A stretch of 64,000 nucleotides of DNA from an uncultured Bacilli bacterium. GTDB taxonomy: Bacteria; Bacillota_I; Bacilli_A; RF39; UBA660. Positions 36,351 through 47,800 of the stretch are shown piece after piece. The translations under genes and the position numbers were made by a program. The notes below the pieces were generated by a model that was given only the letters and a program-made list of their open reading frames with translations, did not search any database and was not told where the DNA came from. How positions within the stretch are numbered: position 1 is the stretch's first letter; the number at the start of each line of letters is the position of its first letter. The stretch lies in the NCBI GenBank assembly GCA_934096405.1, contig CAKOLW010000003.1, positions 3,282 through 67,281 on the forward strand. The letters are read 5' to 3'.

Positions 36351-37592
36351 ATGAGTAAGATAAAAGATGTAGTAGCTAGAGAAATATTAGATTCTAGAGG
36401 TAATCCAACTGTTGAAGTTAAAGTGTTTACTGAAAAGGGAAATGTAGGAGTGTTTAGTGTTCCTAGTGGGGCTTCTACAGGTAAGAAAGAGGCTTTAGAG
36501 TTAAGAGATAATGATGAAAGATATATGGGTAAAGGTGTTTTAAAAGCAGTTAATAACGTAAATAATATAATTAAACCTAGAATAATTGGTATGAATGTAG
36601 AGAATCAAAAGAGTATTGATGAGTTATTAATTAGTTTAGATGGTACACCTAATAAAAGTTATTTAGGGGCTAATAGTATATTAGGAGTTAGTGTAGCGTG
36701 TATAAAAGCATCTAGTTTAGATAATAATGAAGAATTATATAGATATTTAAATAAAAGAGAAGTTAGAGTACCTTACTGTATGTTTAATGTATTAAATGGG
36801 GGTAAACATGCTCCTAATAATGTAGATATACAAGAATTTATGATTGTACCTAAATTTAGTACATTTAAAGAATCTTTAAGAGCTGCTAGTGAAGTATTTC
36901 ATAATTTAAAGAATTTATTAAGTGAAAAAGAATTAGTTACTTCTGTAGGAGATGAGGGTGGTTTTGCACCTGATTTAGAAAATAATGAAGAAGCTTTAAT
37001 GCTAATAGTGAAATCTATTGAAATGGCTGGGTATATACCTGGTAAAAATATATTTATTGCTTTAGATGTAGCGGCTAGTAGTTTTTATAATGAAAATAGT
37101 GATACTTATAAAATTGATAATAAGAATTTAAATAGAGAAGAATTATTGAATTATTATATAGATTTAGTTAAGAAATATCCTATTATAAGTATAGAAGATC
37201 CTTTTGATGAAAATGATAAATTAGGATTTAAGATGATTACTGATTCATTAGGTAAAAAAATAAGTATAGTTGGAGATGACTTATTTGTTACTAATAAAGA
37301 ATTATTAAAAAGTGGAATTGAAGAAGGACTTTGTAATGCTATTATAATTAAACCTAATCAAGTTGGTACTTTTTATGAAACTTTAGAGACTATAGTACTT
37401 GCTAAACAAAATAAATATACTCCTATAGTTAGTCATAGAAGTGGAGAAACAACAGATACTTTTATAAGTGATTTAGCAGTTGCTTTAAATATTCCTTTTA
37501 TGAAGAGTGGTAGTACTTCTAGAGGAGAAAGAATTTGTAAATATAATAGATTATTAGAAATAGAAGAAGAATTAAATAAAAATATTGAATAA
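36351..37592 (+). CDS. eno: Enolase
   Basis: AREILDSRGNPTVEV, SVPSGASTGKKEA, IEDPFDENDK, IKPNQVGT, SHRSGET. Confidence 0.95.
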   Translation: MSKIKDVVAREILDSRGNPTVEVKVFTEKGNVGVFSVPSGASTGKKEALELRDNDERYMGKGVLKAVNNVNNIIKPRIIGMNVENQKSIDELLISLDGTPNKSYLGANSILGVSVACIKASSLDNNEELYRYLNKREVRVPYCMFNVLNGGKHAPNNVDIQEFMIVPKFSTFKESLRAASEVFHNLKNLLSEKELVTSVGDEGGFAPDLENNEEALMLIVKSIEMAGYIPGKNIFIALDVAASSFYNENSDTYKIDNKNLNREELLNYYIDLVKKYPIISIEDPFDENDKLGFKMITDSLGKKISIVGDDLFVTNKELLKSGIEEGLCNAIIIKPNQVGTFYETLETIVLAKQNKYTPIVSHRSGETTDTFISDLAVALNIPFMKSGSTSRGERICKYNRLLEIEEELNKNIE

Positions 37593-37641
37593 ATATAAAA
37601 TATTTGATAGAATTTAAGATAGTGATAATAGGAGTGAAACT

Positions 37642-39435
37642 ATGAGTAAAGAAATTAAAAGAAGTTATAAATTAACTATGTTAGTGGCTGTTTTATGTTT
37701 AATAGTAATAGTAGGATCTACTACTTATGCTTATTTTAAAACTAGAATTAGTGGTAGTGGTACTAAGATTGATATAAGTGGTAAGACTTTTGATTTAAAT
37801 ATTAATGAGAATAGTATTACACTTAATTCATTAAAGCCTATATATGATACAGATAAGGCTACTAAAGCTAATATAAAAACATTTACTGTTAGTGGTGGTG
37901 GCGTATCTAGTGGGTGCGTAAGTATTTATTTAACTTTAGATAGTATAGGTACTAACTTAGTTACTAGATTTTTAAAATATGAATTATTAGATGGTAGTAC
38001 TTTAGTATCAGCAGGAGATTTTAGTGGAAGAAGTGTTGGTAGTAGTGTATCTTTAGCTAAGAATATATCCTTAAGCGATTTAAGTAGTAAATCTTATACA
38101 TTAAGAATATGGTTAAGTTATGATGCTGATACAGATCAAAGTAGTATTTTAACAGGTACAGAAGCTGATAGAACATTGCAAGCTCATTTAAAAGCAGTTG
38201 GTACAACTGGTGCTTGTAAAGAATTAACTTTAAAAGAAGCAATTTTAAAAGATAATCCAACAGTCAGTGAAAGAACTAGTTTTACATCAACTAATGTAGC
38301 TAATACGACAGGAACAATATATAAAACAAATAAGACAGAAGACTCTAGTGATGTATATTATTACTCAGGTAATACAACAAATAACTGGGTTAAATTTGGA
38401 AAAGAAACAAGAGGTACTTGTTCATATAATAACAATAAGGTTATATATGTTGATTCAATAGAAGAATGGGAAGAGAAAGATAATAATTTATTAGAGTCTG
38501 AATGTACTGCTGCTAATGTTTGTATTTTTGAGGGAAATTATTATGTTTTTGGAGAAGAAGGCGTTACTTGTGCCGACTTAGATGGAACATCAGTTAATGA
38601 AAAGGCTACATTTACTCCATACCAATTAGATGCTTATTGGAGAATAATAAGAACAAATGAAGATGGTAGTGTAAGACTATTGTATTTTGGAACAAGTCCT
38701 GATACTACCGAACCTAGTATAGGTGTAAGTTATTTTAATGATAATAATTATGTCGGACAGTCTGGATATATGTATGATTTATATGTTGCAGGTTATTCAA
38801 CGGATTATGATGAAATTAGAGCTAATACTACAGATAGTACAATAAAAAAATTTATCGATACATGGTATGAAAAAAACTTATTAAGCAATTATGACAAATA
38901 TATAAGCAAAGCTGCTATATATTGTAATGATAGAAGTATAAAAGATAAAGATAATTTTTCTATGCCTACTAGAGATGATGTTGGTGCTTATATAAGGTTG
39001 TCCCATAAATCTCCATCTTATAAATGTGGTGCTGATAAAGATAATAATTTAATAGAGTCTACACAAGCAGTTGCAGATAAATTTAGTGCAAGTACAACAG
39101 GTGGAGGAAATGGACAATTAAAATATCCAATTGCTTTAATGACTGTTGACGAAATATCATTTGCTAGTATTTCTTCTACTAAATGGTATAATACAAATAG
39201 TAATAGTAATTCTGACTTAAATAATATAGGTTGGTGGCTTCTATCACCTTCTTCCTATAATTTATCTTCACAAGTATACAATATTGGTTCAACTGGTGCT
39301 ATGAATGATACTACTAAGCCAAATGAACTTTATACTGTTCGTCCTGTAATTTCCTTAGCCTCTTGTGTCAAAGTAACAGGAAGTGGGACTACAACTGATC
39401 CGTATATCGTGAATGAAAGTGCTAGTACATGCTAA
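37642..39435 (+). CDS. Paralog P5: TasA/SipW-type signal plus divergent N-terminal domain plus conserved core with a Cys-rich insert
   Basis: The signal VGSTTYAYFKTRISGSG and LNSLKPIYD resemble TasA (GGGTWAAFND, LSNLKPGD). The core has TGTIYKTNKTEDSSDVYYYSGNTTNNWVKFG, YWRIIRTNEDGSVRLLY, AIYCNDRS, KFSASTTGGGNGQLKYPIALMTVDE, WWLLSP, VRPVISLASC and DPYIVNESASTC. Confidence 0.85.
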   Translation: MSKEIKRSYKLTMLVAVLCLIVIVGSTTYAYFKTRISGSGTKIDISGKTFDLNINENSITLNSLKPIYDTDKATKANIKTFTVSGGGVSSGCVSIYLTLDSIGTNLVTRFLKYELLDGSTLVSAGDFSGRSVGSSVSLAKNISLSDLSSKSYTLRIWLSYDADTDQSSILTGTEADRTLQAHLKAVGTTGACKELTLKEAILKDNPTVSERTSFTSTNVANTTGTIYKTNKTEDSSDVYYYSGNTTNNWVKFGKETRGTCSYNNNKVIYVDSIEEWEEKDNNLLESECTAANVCIFEGNYYVFGEEGVTCADLDGTSVNEKATFTPYQLDAYWRIIRTNEDGSVRLLYFGTSPDTTEPSIGVSYFNDNNYVGQSGYMYDLYVAGYSTDYDEIRANTTDSTIKKFIDTWYEKNLLSNYDKYISKAAIYCNDRSIKDKDNFSMPTRDDVGAYIRLSHKSPSYKCGADKDNNLIESTQAVADKFSASTTGGGNGQLKYPIALMTVDEISFASISSTKWYNTNSNSNSDLNNIGWWLLSPSSYNLSSQVYNIGSTGAMNDTTKPNELYTVRPVISLASCVKVTGSGTTTDPYIVNESASTC

Positions 39436-39475
39436 AATATACTAGACAATTAAAATGATTTGTGGTATTCTTTAA

Positions 39476-39679
39476 TGGTAAAACAAATGAAAGAGATGTT
39501 ATATATAGAAGTTTATAGAGAGTTAGTGGTTGGTGTAAACTAATAATGAATATATATGAGTATCACTCTGGATGTGCTTTAAGGATAAGTTAAAGCCGCT
39601 TATAAGCGTTAAATGAATTAAGATAAGCTATATTTAGGATGGTATCGTTAGCTGCTCCTATGTATGGCTTTTTTGTTTT
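39476..39679 (+). promoter_or_regulatory. T-box riboswitch leader (Ile specifier ATC)
   Basis: Stem I is TATAGAGAGTTAGTGGTTGGTG. ATC lies at 39562..39564. The T-box sequence is TATTTAGGATGGTATCG. The terminator is AAGCTATATTTAGGA...TCCTATGTATGGCTT plus T6. Confidence 0.85.
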
Positions 39680-39694
39680 ATGAAAGGAGTTTTT

Positions 39695-42600
39695 ATGTAT
39701 AAAGAAATTAAAGAAAGTACAAATACTTTAGAAAGTAATTTAGTAAGTAAATGGAAAAATGAAAATTTACTAGAAAAAACTATAAAAAATAGAGAAGGAA
39801 AAGAAAACTTTGTGTTTTATGATGGACCAATATATGCTAATGCTAAACCAGGATTACACCATGTATTTGCTAAAACGATAAAAGATGCATTTTGTAAATA
39901 TCAAACAATGCAAGGTAAAAGAGTATTAAGAAAAATAGGACTTGATACACATGGTCTTCCAATTGAAGTTAATGTTGAAAAGAAATTAGGTTTTAAAACA
40001 AAAGCTGATATTGAAGCATTTGGTATTGAAAACTTTTGTAAAGAATGTAATAGTGAAACAGCAACAAATATAGATGAAGTTAATAAAATGACTGATATGA
40101 TGGGACAACTTATTGATAGTGATAATCCATATATAACATGTACTAATGAATATATTGAAAGTGAATGGTGGCTTATAAAGAATATCTTTGATAAAGGATT
40201 GATTTATCATGGTAATAAAGTTTTACCATATTGCTATAGATGTGGAACTGAATTATCTAAAAACGAAGTAAGTTTAGGTTATCAAGATGATACAGTTAAT
40301 ACAGTAATAATACCATTTAAACTACAAAATAAAGATGAATATATGTTAGTATGGACAACTACTCCTTGGACACTAATTGATAATGTCGCAGCATGTGTTA
40401 ATCCTAATTTAACTTATATTAAAGTAGAAAGTATGGGATATAAATTTATATTATGTGAAAGTCTAGCTAATAAAGTATTAGGTGATGATTACAAAGTATT
40501 AGAAAAATTCAAAGGAACAGATTTAGTAGGACTTAAGTATGAACAACTTATGCCATTTGCTAAAGTAGAAGGTAAATCATTTGAAGTAGTCGCAGATAAC
40601 TATGTAACTGATGCTGATGGTACTGGTATTGTTCATATCGCACCTGCTTATGGTGAAGATGATAGTCGTGTATGTAAAGAAAATGGTATTGGTTTTGTAC
40701 AAAGTGTTGGAAAAGATGGATGTTATACAATCGGACCTTGGATAGGAAGAACAGTAACTGACTCTGAACTTGAAATAGATATAATAAAATACTTAAAAGA
40801 AAATGATAAATTATTTAAAAAGATTAAACTTACACATGAATATCCTCATTGTTGGAGATGTAAAAGTCCTCTTATATACTATTCTAAACCAGCTTGGTAT
40901 ATAGAAACAACTAAATATAAAGATAAAATACTAGCATCTAACAAAACAGTTAATTGGTATCCTGAATATGTTGGAGAAAAGAGATTTAATAACTGGCTTG
41001 AAAATATGATTGACTGGGGTATATCAAGAAATAGATATTGGGGATGTCCAATGCCTTTATGGGCTTGTGCTTGTGGTCATATAGAATGTATTGGTAGTAG
41101 AGAAGAATTACAAAATAAAATCATAGAAGATACTAATGTATTTGAAATGGAACTTCATAGACCTTATATTGATTCATTGCATATAAAATGTCCAAAATGT
41201 GGTGAAACAATGAACAGAGTAGCTGATGTAATGGATGTATGGTTTGACTCTGGAGCGATGCCATATGCTCAAATGCACTATCCTTTTGAAAATAAAGAAT
41301 TATTTGAAAGTCAATTTCCAGCTGATTTTATCGCAGAAGGTGTAGATCAAACTCGTGGTTGGTTTAATTCACTTATATGTATATCTACTTTAGTAAGTGG
41401 AAAAAGTTCATTTAAAAATGTAGTAGTAAATGATATGATGTTAGATGCTAAAGGTAAGAAGATGAGTAAAAGTACAGGAAATATAATAAATCCTGAAGAA
41501 ATAATAACTACATATGGAGCAGATGCAGTAAGATTCTATATGTTATATGCGAGTCCTGTATGGACACCTTTAAAATTTGATATAGAAGGTGTAAAAGAAG
41601 TAAATAGTAAATTCTTTAGTACATTAAAAAATACATATAATTTCTTTAGTATGTATGCTAATGCTGATAAATTAGAAACGAAAGACTTTATTAATAGTAC
41701 TAGTTATGAATTAATTGATAAATGGATGCTTTCTAAGTTAAATAGACTTGTTAAAGATGTAACTAATGCATATAATGATTATGATTTAAATAGAGTAGTA
41801 AAACCACTTGTTAATTTTGTAAGTGAAGACTTATCTAATTGGTATATAAGAAGAAATAGAAGAAGATTCTGGAAAGGTGAACTTGATGAAAGTAAAAAAT
41901 CAGTATATAAAGTAACTTATGAAGTACTTGTTACATTATCTCAGTTACTAGCACCTATAAGTCCATTCTTATCAGAAACAATATATACTAATTTAACTGG
42001 TAATGAAAGCGTTCATTTGAGTGATTTCCCTAAATGTGATGAATCATTAATTGATGAATCTATTGAAACTAAAATGGATTTAGTAAGAGATTTAATTAGT
42101 TTAGGTAGAAATGCAAGAGAAGAAGCTAATGTTAAAATAAGACAACCATTAAGTAAAGTATATCTTGATAAGAATATTGAAAATATAACCGGAGATTTAT
42201 CTGACTTAATAAAAGAAGAATTAAACGTTAAAGATGTTGAATATATAACTGATAAAAGTAAATATTTATCATATCAAATAAAACCTAATTTTAAAGAAGT
42301 AGGTAAGTTATTTGGTAAAAATATAAGTAAATTTACTGAATTTGTTAGTAATTTAAATGATTCTGATTTAAATAATTTAGATAATATTAAATTTGTATGT
42401 GAAGATAATGAATATACACTAAATAATGATATGCTTGATATTAGAATAGTTCAAAGAGATGGATATGACGCTAAAAGTGATGGAAATAATTTTGTTATTT
42501 TAGATGTAAATATTACAGAAGAACTTAAAAATGAAGGAATATTAAGAGATATTATTAGACAATGTCAATTATTTAGAAAAGAAGCTGGATTTAATGTTGA

Positions 42601-42778
42601 AGATAGAATCAATATTAAATTTGAAAGTGATAATACTGAGTTACTTAATATGCTAAATAATAATAAAGATATTATATCTAGTGAATTACTAGCTAAGTTT
42701 GATGAAGTTGATTCTTATGAATTTAGTAAAGATATAGTTGATGATTATACTTTAAATGTTAAAATGAATAGAATATAG
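39695..42778 (+). CDS. ileS: Isoleucyl-tRNA synthetase (long, type 2-like)
   Basis: HHVF variant of HIGH (GLHHVFAKT), KMSKS, CP1 editing domain and a Zn-binding CxxC pair. The ATG at 39695 follows AAAGGAG. Confidence 0.95.
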   Translation: MYKEIKESTNTLESNLVSKWKNENLLEKTIKNREGKENFVFYDGPIYANAKPGLHHVFAKTIKDAFCKYQTMQGKRVLRKIGLDTHGLPIEVNVEKKLGFKTKADIEAFGIENFCKECNSETATNIDEVNKMTDMMGQLIDSDNPYITCTNEYIESEWWLIKNIFDKGLIYHGNKVLPYCYRCGTELSKNEVSLGYQDDTVNTVIIPFKLQNKDEYMLVWTTTPWTLIDNVAACVNPNLTYIKVESMGYKFILCESLANKVLGDDYKVLEKFKGTDLVGLKYEQLMPFAKVEGKSFEVVADNYVTDADGTGIVHIAPAYGEDDSRVCKENGIGFVQSVGKDGCYTIGPWIGRTVTDSELEIDIIKYLKENDKLFKKIKLTHEYPHCWRCKSPLIYYSKPAWYIETTKYKDKILASNKTVNWYPEYVGEKRFNNWLENMIDWGISRNRYWGCPMPLWACACGHIECIGSREELQNKIIEDTNVFEMELHRPYIDSLHIKCPKCGETMNRVADVMDVWFDSGAMPYAQMHYPFENKELFESQFPADFIAEGVDQTRGWFNSLICISTLVSGKSSFKNVVVNDMMLDAKGKKMSKSTGNIINPEEIITTYGADAVRFYMLYASPVWTPLKFDIEGVKEVNSKFFSTLKNTYNFFSMYANADKLETKDFINSTSYELIDKWMLSKLNRLVKDVTNAYNDYDLNRVVKPLVNFVSEDLSNWYIRRNRRRFWKGELDESKKSVYKVTYEVLVTLSQLLAPISPFLSETIYTNLTGNESVHLSDFPKCDESLIDESIETKMDLVRDLISLGRNAREEANVKIRQPLSKVYLDKNIENITGDLSDLIKEELNVKDVEYITDKSKYLSYQIKPNFKEVGKLFGKNISKFTEFVSNLNDSDLNNLDNIKFVCEDNEYTLNNDMLDIRIVQRDGYDAKSDGNNFVILDVNITEELKNEGILRDIIRQCQLFRKEAGFNVEDRINIKFESDNTELLNMLNNNKDIISSELLAKFDEVDSYEFSKDIVDDYTLNVKMNRI

Positions 42779-42889
42779 ATCAAGAGTAATCTTGTTCTTT
42801 TTTATGTATATTTTTGCTATCAAAACATAAAATATATATTAGAATTATATGAAATATAATATATTACACATATATTAACTTGACATTTT

Positions 42890-42918
42890 ATATAAAATAT
42901 GTTATCATTTTAAATATG
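42890..42918 (+). promoter_or_regulatory. Sigma-A-type promoter of the toxin-antitoxin operon
   Basis: TTGACA (42890..42895), 17 nt spacer, TATCAT (42913..42918). Confidence 0.6.
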
Positions 42919-42932
42919 AAAGAGGTGTTATT

Positions 42933-43220
42933 ATGGAAAGTTTAACAACAGCTATAAGTGTACAAGTAGATAGACAAGACAAAGAATTAGCAACTGGTAT
43001 TTTAAGCAATTTAGGGTTAAATATGAGTACATATGTTAATATGGCTATAAAACAATTAATTAATAAAAATGGTGTACCTTTTGAAATAGTAAATCCTAAA
43101 CCAAGTAAAGAATTATTGGAGGCTTTAAAAGAGGGTGAAGATATACTAAGTGGAAAAGTAAAAACGAAAGGCTACCATAACATAAAGGAAATGTTTGAGG
43201 ATATTTTAAATGAAGATTGA
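42933..43220 (+). CDS. Type II antitoxin, RelB/DinJ family
   Basis: ISVQVDRQDKELATGILSNLGLNMSTYVNMAIKQL has the ribbon-helix-helix pattern of DinJ. It overlaps the toxin start. Confidence 0.8.
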   Translation: MESLTTAISVQVDRQDKELATGILSNLGLNMSTYVNMAIKQLINKNGVPFEIVNPKPSKELLEALKEGEDILSGKVKTKGYHNIKEMFEDILNED

Positions 43221-43518
43221 TGTTGGAAATACTTACTATGAAGTTAAAACAACTTCAAGATTTAATAAAGAATTAAAGAAGTTATATAAGCAACACAAAG
43301 ATATTAACAAGTTAATTGAAGTTGTGGAGACTTTAGCAAACGGAGAAGAATTATCAGAAAAATACAAAAATCATAAACTAATAAATGATAAAACATTTAA
43401 AGAGTGTTATGAGTGTCATATACAACCTGACTGGCTATTAGTTTATAAAGTACAAAATAATGAATTAGTATTATTACTTTTTGCAACTGGTAGTCATAGC
43501 GATTTATTTAATAAATAG
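43210..43518 (+). CDS. Type II toxin, YafQ/RelE family mRNA interferase
   Basis: FNKELKKL...HKL...ECHIQPDWLLVYKV...LVLLLFATGSHSDLF is the YafQ-type signature. Confidence 0.8.
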   Translation: MKIDVGNTYYEVKTTSRFNKELKKLYKQHKDINKLIEVVETLANGEELSEKYKNHKLINDKTFKECYECHIQPDWLLVYKVQNNELVLLLFATGSHSDLFNK

Positions 43519-43543
43519 GGAAATATAATCCTATTTTTTATTT

Positions 43544-43596
43544 TCAGCCAAATTGTAAAGTAAAACTCAGCCAAATTGTAAAATTGATGTTTACAA
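43544..43596 (+). repeat. Two 16-nt direct repeats plus an inverted half-site upstream of queA
   Basis: TCAGCCAAATTGTAAA occurs at 43544..43559 and 43567..43582 (23 nt period). TTTACAA at 43590..43596 is the inverse of TTGTAAA. Confidence 0.7.
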
Positions 43597-43676
43597 ATAG
43601 AAAAAATATAAATATACTATGTATAAATATTTATTTATTTGTAAATAAATGTTATTATTGATTAGAAGGTGTATTT

Positions 43677-44732
43677 ATGGAAAGAATATATGATTTAGAT
43701 TATTATGATTATGAATTAGATGAGTCTTTAATTGCTCAGACGCCATTAAAAGATAGAGCTAGTTCTAAACTATTGGTGTTAGATAAGAATACTGGTAAAT
43801 ATAAAGATGAAGTATTTTCTAATATTATTAATTATTTAAAAAGAGGAGATGTATTAGTACTTAATGATACTAAAGTTATACCTGCTAGATTGATTGGTAC
43901 TAAAGAAAGCACTGGAGCTGTTATTGAATTGTTATTACTAAAAGACATAGATGGAGATATATGGGAATGTTTATCTAGACCTCAGAAAAGATTACATATA
44001 GATGACATTATAACTTTTGGTAATGGTGAATTAAAAGCTAAAGTAAAAGAAAAAAAGAATGATGGAATAGTTATAGTTGAACTTATTTATGAAGGTATTT
44101 TGTATGAAATATTAGATAAGTTAGGTACTATGCCACTTCCTCCTTATATACATGAAAAATTAGAAGAACAAGATAGATATCAAACTGTTTATGCTAAAAA
44201 TATAGGTAGTGCTGCTGCACCTACTGCTGGATTACATTTTACTAAAGAATTATTAAATAAAATTGAAGATAAGGGCATTATAATTACTTATGTTACTCTA
44301 CATGTTGGATTAGGTACTTTTAGACCGGTTTCTACTAATAATGTTTTAGAACATAATATGCATAGTGAATTTTATATGATGAGTAAAGAAACAGCTGATA
44401 TATTAAATAAAGCTAAAAGAGAAAATAGAAGAATAGTAGCTGTTGGTACTACAAGTACTAGAACGTTAGAAAGTGTCATGACAAAATATGGTGAATTTAA
44501 AGAATGCAGTGAAAAAACTAATATATTTATTTATCCTGGATATAAATTTAAAGGAATAGATGCTTTAATTACTAATTTTCATTTACCTAAAAGTACTTTG
44601 GTAATGCTAGTTTCAGCCCTAGCGGGTAGAGATAATATATTGAATGCTTATAGACACGCTAATGAAAATAAATATAGATTCTTTTCATTTGGAGATGCTA
44701 TGTTTATTACTGATGATATTGATATGAATTAG
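43677..44732 (+). CDS. queA: S-adenosylmethionine:tRNA ribosyltransferase-isomerase
   Basis: [46 protein letters not shown]. Confidence 0.95.
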   Translation: MERIYDLDYYDYELDESLIAQTPLKDRASSKLLVLDKNTGKYKDEVFSNIINYLKRGDVLVLNDTKVIPARLIGTKESTGAVIELLLLKDIDGDIWECLSRPQKRLHIDDIITFGNGELKAKVKEKKNDGIVIVELIYEGILYEILDKLGTMPLPPYIHEKLEEQDRYQTVYAKNIGSAAAPTAGLHFTKELLNKIEDKGIIITYVTLHVGLGTFRPVSTNNVLEHNMHSEFYMMSKETADILNKAKRENRRIVAVGTTSTRTLESVMTKYGEFKECSEKTNIFIYPGYKFKGIDALITNFHLPKSTLVMLVSALAGRDNILNAYRHANENKYRFFSFGDAMFITDDIDMN

Positions 44733-44802
44733 TCTACACAAATAAGTGTAGATTTTTAAGTTTTAGATTGATTATAATTCAAAAAAATAGTAAAATGATT
44801 TT

Positions 44803-47800
44803 AGAATAGGAATGATAAAAATGGTTAAAGTAAGAAAGTCTATAATTATATTTGGAATAATATCAATTGGCTTAACTATCTGTTTATTAGGCTCTTTAGA
44901 TAAAAATGAATCTAATAATAAATTAATTGGTATTTTAGAGAATACTACTTCTATAGATAACTATAGTACTGCTTTAACTGTGTTTTATAATTCTTTAGAT
45001 AAGTCTAATAATGAGGACGATAGAAATAAAAATTTATTAGAGACAACTATGTTTAATTGTAATAGTGGTGGATGTACTTCATTAGATAATTTCAAAAATA
45101 TAGGATTTTTAACTAAATATGAATATGATTTAATCGGTGGAGATAATTCATATTTATATAATTATTCTGATTATTATGTAATTAATAATGAAGGTAATAT
45201 TGAATCATTAAGTGGAGATAGTAATAGTGGTATCAGACCAACAGTTTATTTAAATGAAGGAACTAAAGTAACTGGAAGTGGTACAGTTAATGATCCATAT
45301 AAAATAAGTCACTATAAAGATATTAATTTTATTGCTTATACATTTAATGGAAAAGAGACTGATATTAAATATTCAGAATTGATTAAAACTAAAGCAATAA
45401 AGGCAATTAATTGTGAAAATGGAACTAAGGCAACTTGGGATACAGAAGAGAATGTAATAAAATTTAAAGATACAAAAGTACCTGACTTTTGTACTATAGA
45501 TTTTACAGATGGAATACAGATAACTTTAAATGCAACTAATGGAACAGTAATGACACCAGTAACAAGAGTAGTAGCCAATAAAGGTGAAACTACATATACT
45601 GTTACTCCAAATAGTGGTTATAAATTAACTGGTTCAAGTATCAGTTGTGATGGAGGAGCTACTATAGAATTAACTAATAAAGGAGTTAAAATATCTAATA
45701 TAACAAAAAAACAAACATGTAAAATAACATTGACTAAGAGTGGCCCATTCAAAGAAGGAACATTAGCTGAGAAAATATTATTAGATAATTCAAGATTGGC
45801 TTCACGTTCTAATTTCGAAACGTTTGGTGCTACTTTAGATTTGCCAAATATCATTTATACTACCAATAATACTGAAGATGGAAGTACGGTTTATTATTAT
45901 TCAGGCAACAATGCTAACAACTGGATTAAGTTTGGCAAAGAAACAACCGAAGGTCGTTGCACTTATGAAAATGAAGAAGTTTTTTATAGTAAAGAAGGAA
46001 AATATAATAAAATAACTACCGAATCAGAATGTAATTCTAAAACTGTTTGTTTAGAATATGGTAGACCAATATTCTACGATTATAGTTGTAGTGGAACTTA
46101 TTATAATAATACTTATAAAAGGGCTACATGGGTAGCATCCAAATCAAATCAAGATACTTATTGGAGAATAATTCGTACAAACGAAGATGGCGGATTAAGA
46201 TTACTTTATGTCGGTCCTAATCCAGAAACAAAAATGGGATATATTGGTCAAGCACAGTATAATAATACAGGCGATACCATACAAAATACTGATTCTATGT
46301 ATGTAGGATATATGTATGGGACAATTTCAGATAAACGAACTAATACAAATAGTAGTACAATCAAGGAATATTTAGAAAACTGGTATAAAAATAATTTATT
46401 TGCAAAATATGATAAATATATAAGTAAAACAGCAATTTATTGTAATGATAGAAGTTCTACATATGTTTCTGGAAATGGAAGCACTTATTCTTCAAGCACA
46501 AGACTTAATATTTTGTCGCCTTCTTATAGGTGTGGTGATACTGGTTTTGGAACACTTGTTGAAGAATTTCAAGCAATTAACGATAAGTTTAGTGTTAGCA
46601 AGGCTTCAGGTGGTAATGGACAATTAACTTATCCGATTGCATTAATAACTGCTGATGAAATAGCCTTTGCTGGAGGTAGAAACCAAAAATACGATGAGAA
46701 TGATGCATCATTAAATTTTAATAATAAATTATATTATTATGCTAATAGTAATGGAGGAAGTGTGATAGGTGCTAGCAAAAGTTGGTGGACAATGAGTCCA
46801 AATCATGATGGCGCAAGTTATTCAAGTCCATATCATATTCCAACTTTAAAATTAGTAGGGGGATATCAAATTACACAATATACTGGCACTTATTATGGAG
46901 CCTTATATACTGGTTATTCATATGGTGTTGGTTTAGTTCGTCCAGTCATTTCCTTAAAATCTTGTGTTAAATTTAAAAATGGAAATGGAACTTCTGGAAA
47001 TCCATATGAAATTACAATAGATGATGCTTGTGCTAAAGCAGAAAATTAAAAAATAGAATAGGAATGATAAAAATGGTTAAAGTAAGAAAATCTATAATTA
47101 TATTTGGCTTAATATCAATTGGTTTGACTATATGTTTATTAGAGTCTTTAGATAAAAATGAATCTAATAATAAATTAATTGGTATTTTAGAGAATACTAC
47201 TTCTATAGATAACTATAGTACTGCTTTAACTGTGTTTTATAATTCTTTAGATAAGTCTAATAATGAGGACGATAGAAATAAAAATTTATTAGAGACAACT
47301 ATGTTTAATTGTAATAGTGGTGGATGTACTTCATTAGATAATTTCAAAAATATAGGATTTTTAACTAAATATGAATATGATTTAATCGGTGGAGATAATT
47401 CATATTTATATAATTATTCTGATTATTATGTAATTAATAATGAAGGTAATATTGAATCATTAAGTGGAGATAGTAATAGTGGTATCAGACCAACAGTTTA
47501 TTTAAATGAAGGAACTAAAGTAACTGGAAGTGGTACAGTTAATGATCCATATAAAATAAGTCACTATAAAGATATTAATTTTATTGCTTATACATTTAAT
47601 GGAAAAGAGACTGATATTAAATATTCAGAATTGATTAAAACTAAAGCAATAAAGGCAATTAATTGTGAAAATGGAACTAAGGCAACTTGGGATACAGAAG
47701 AGAATGTAATAAAATTTAAAGATACAAAAGTACCTGACTTTTGTACTATAGATTTTACAGATGGAATACAGATAACTTTAAATGCAACTAATGGAACAGT

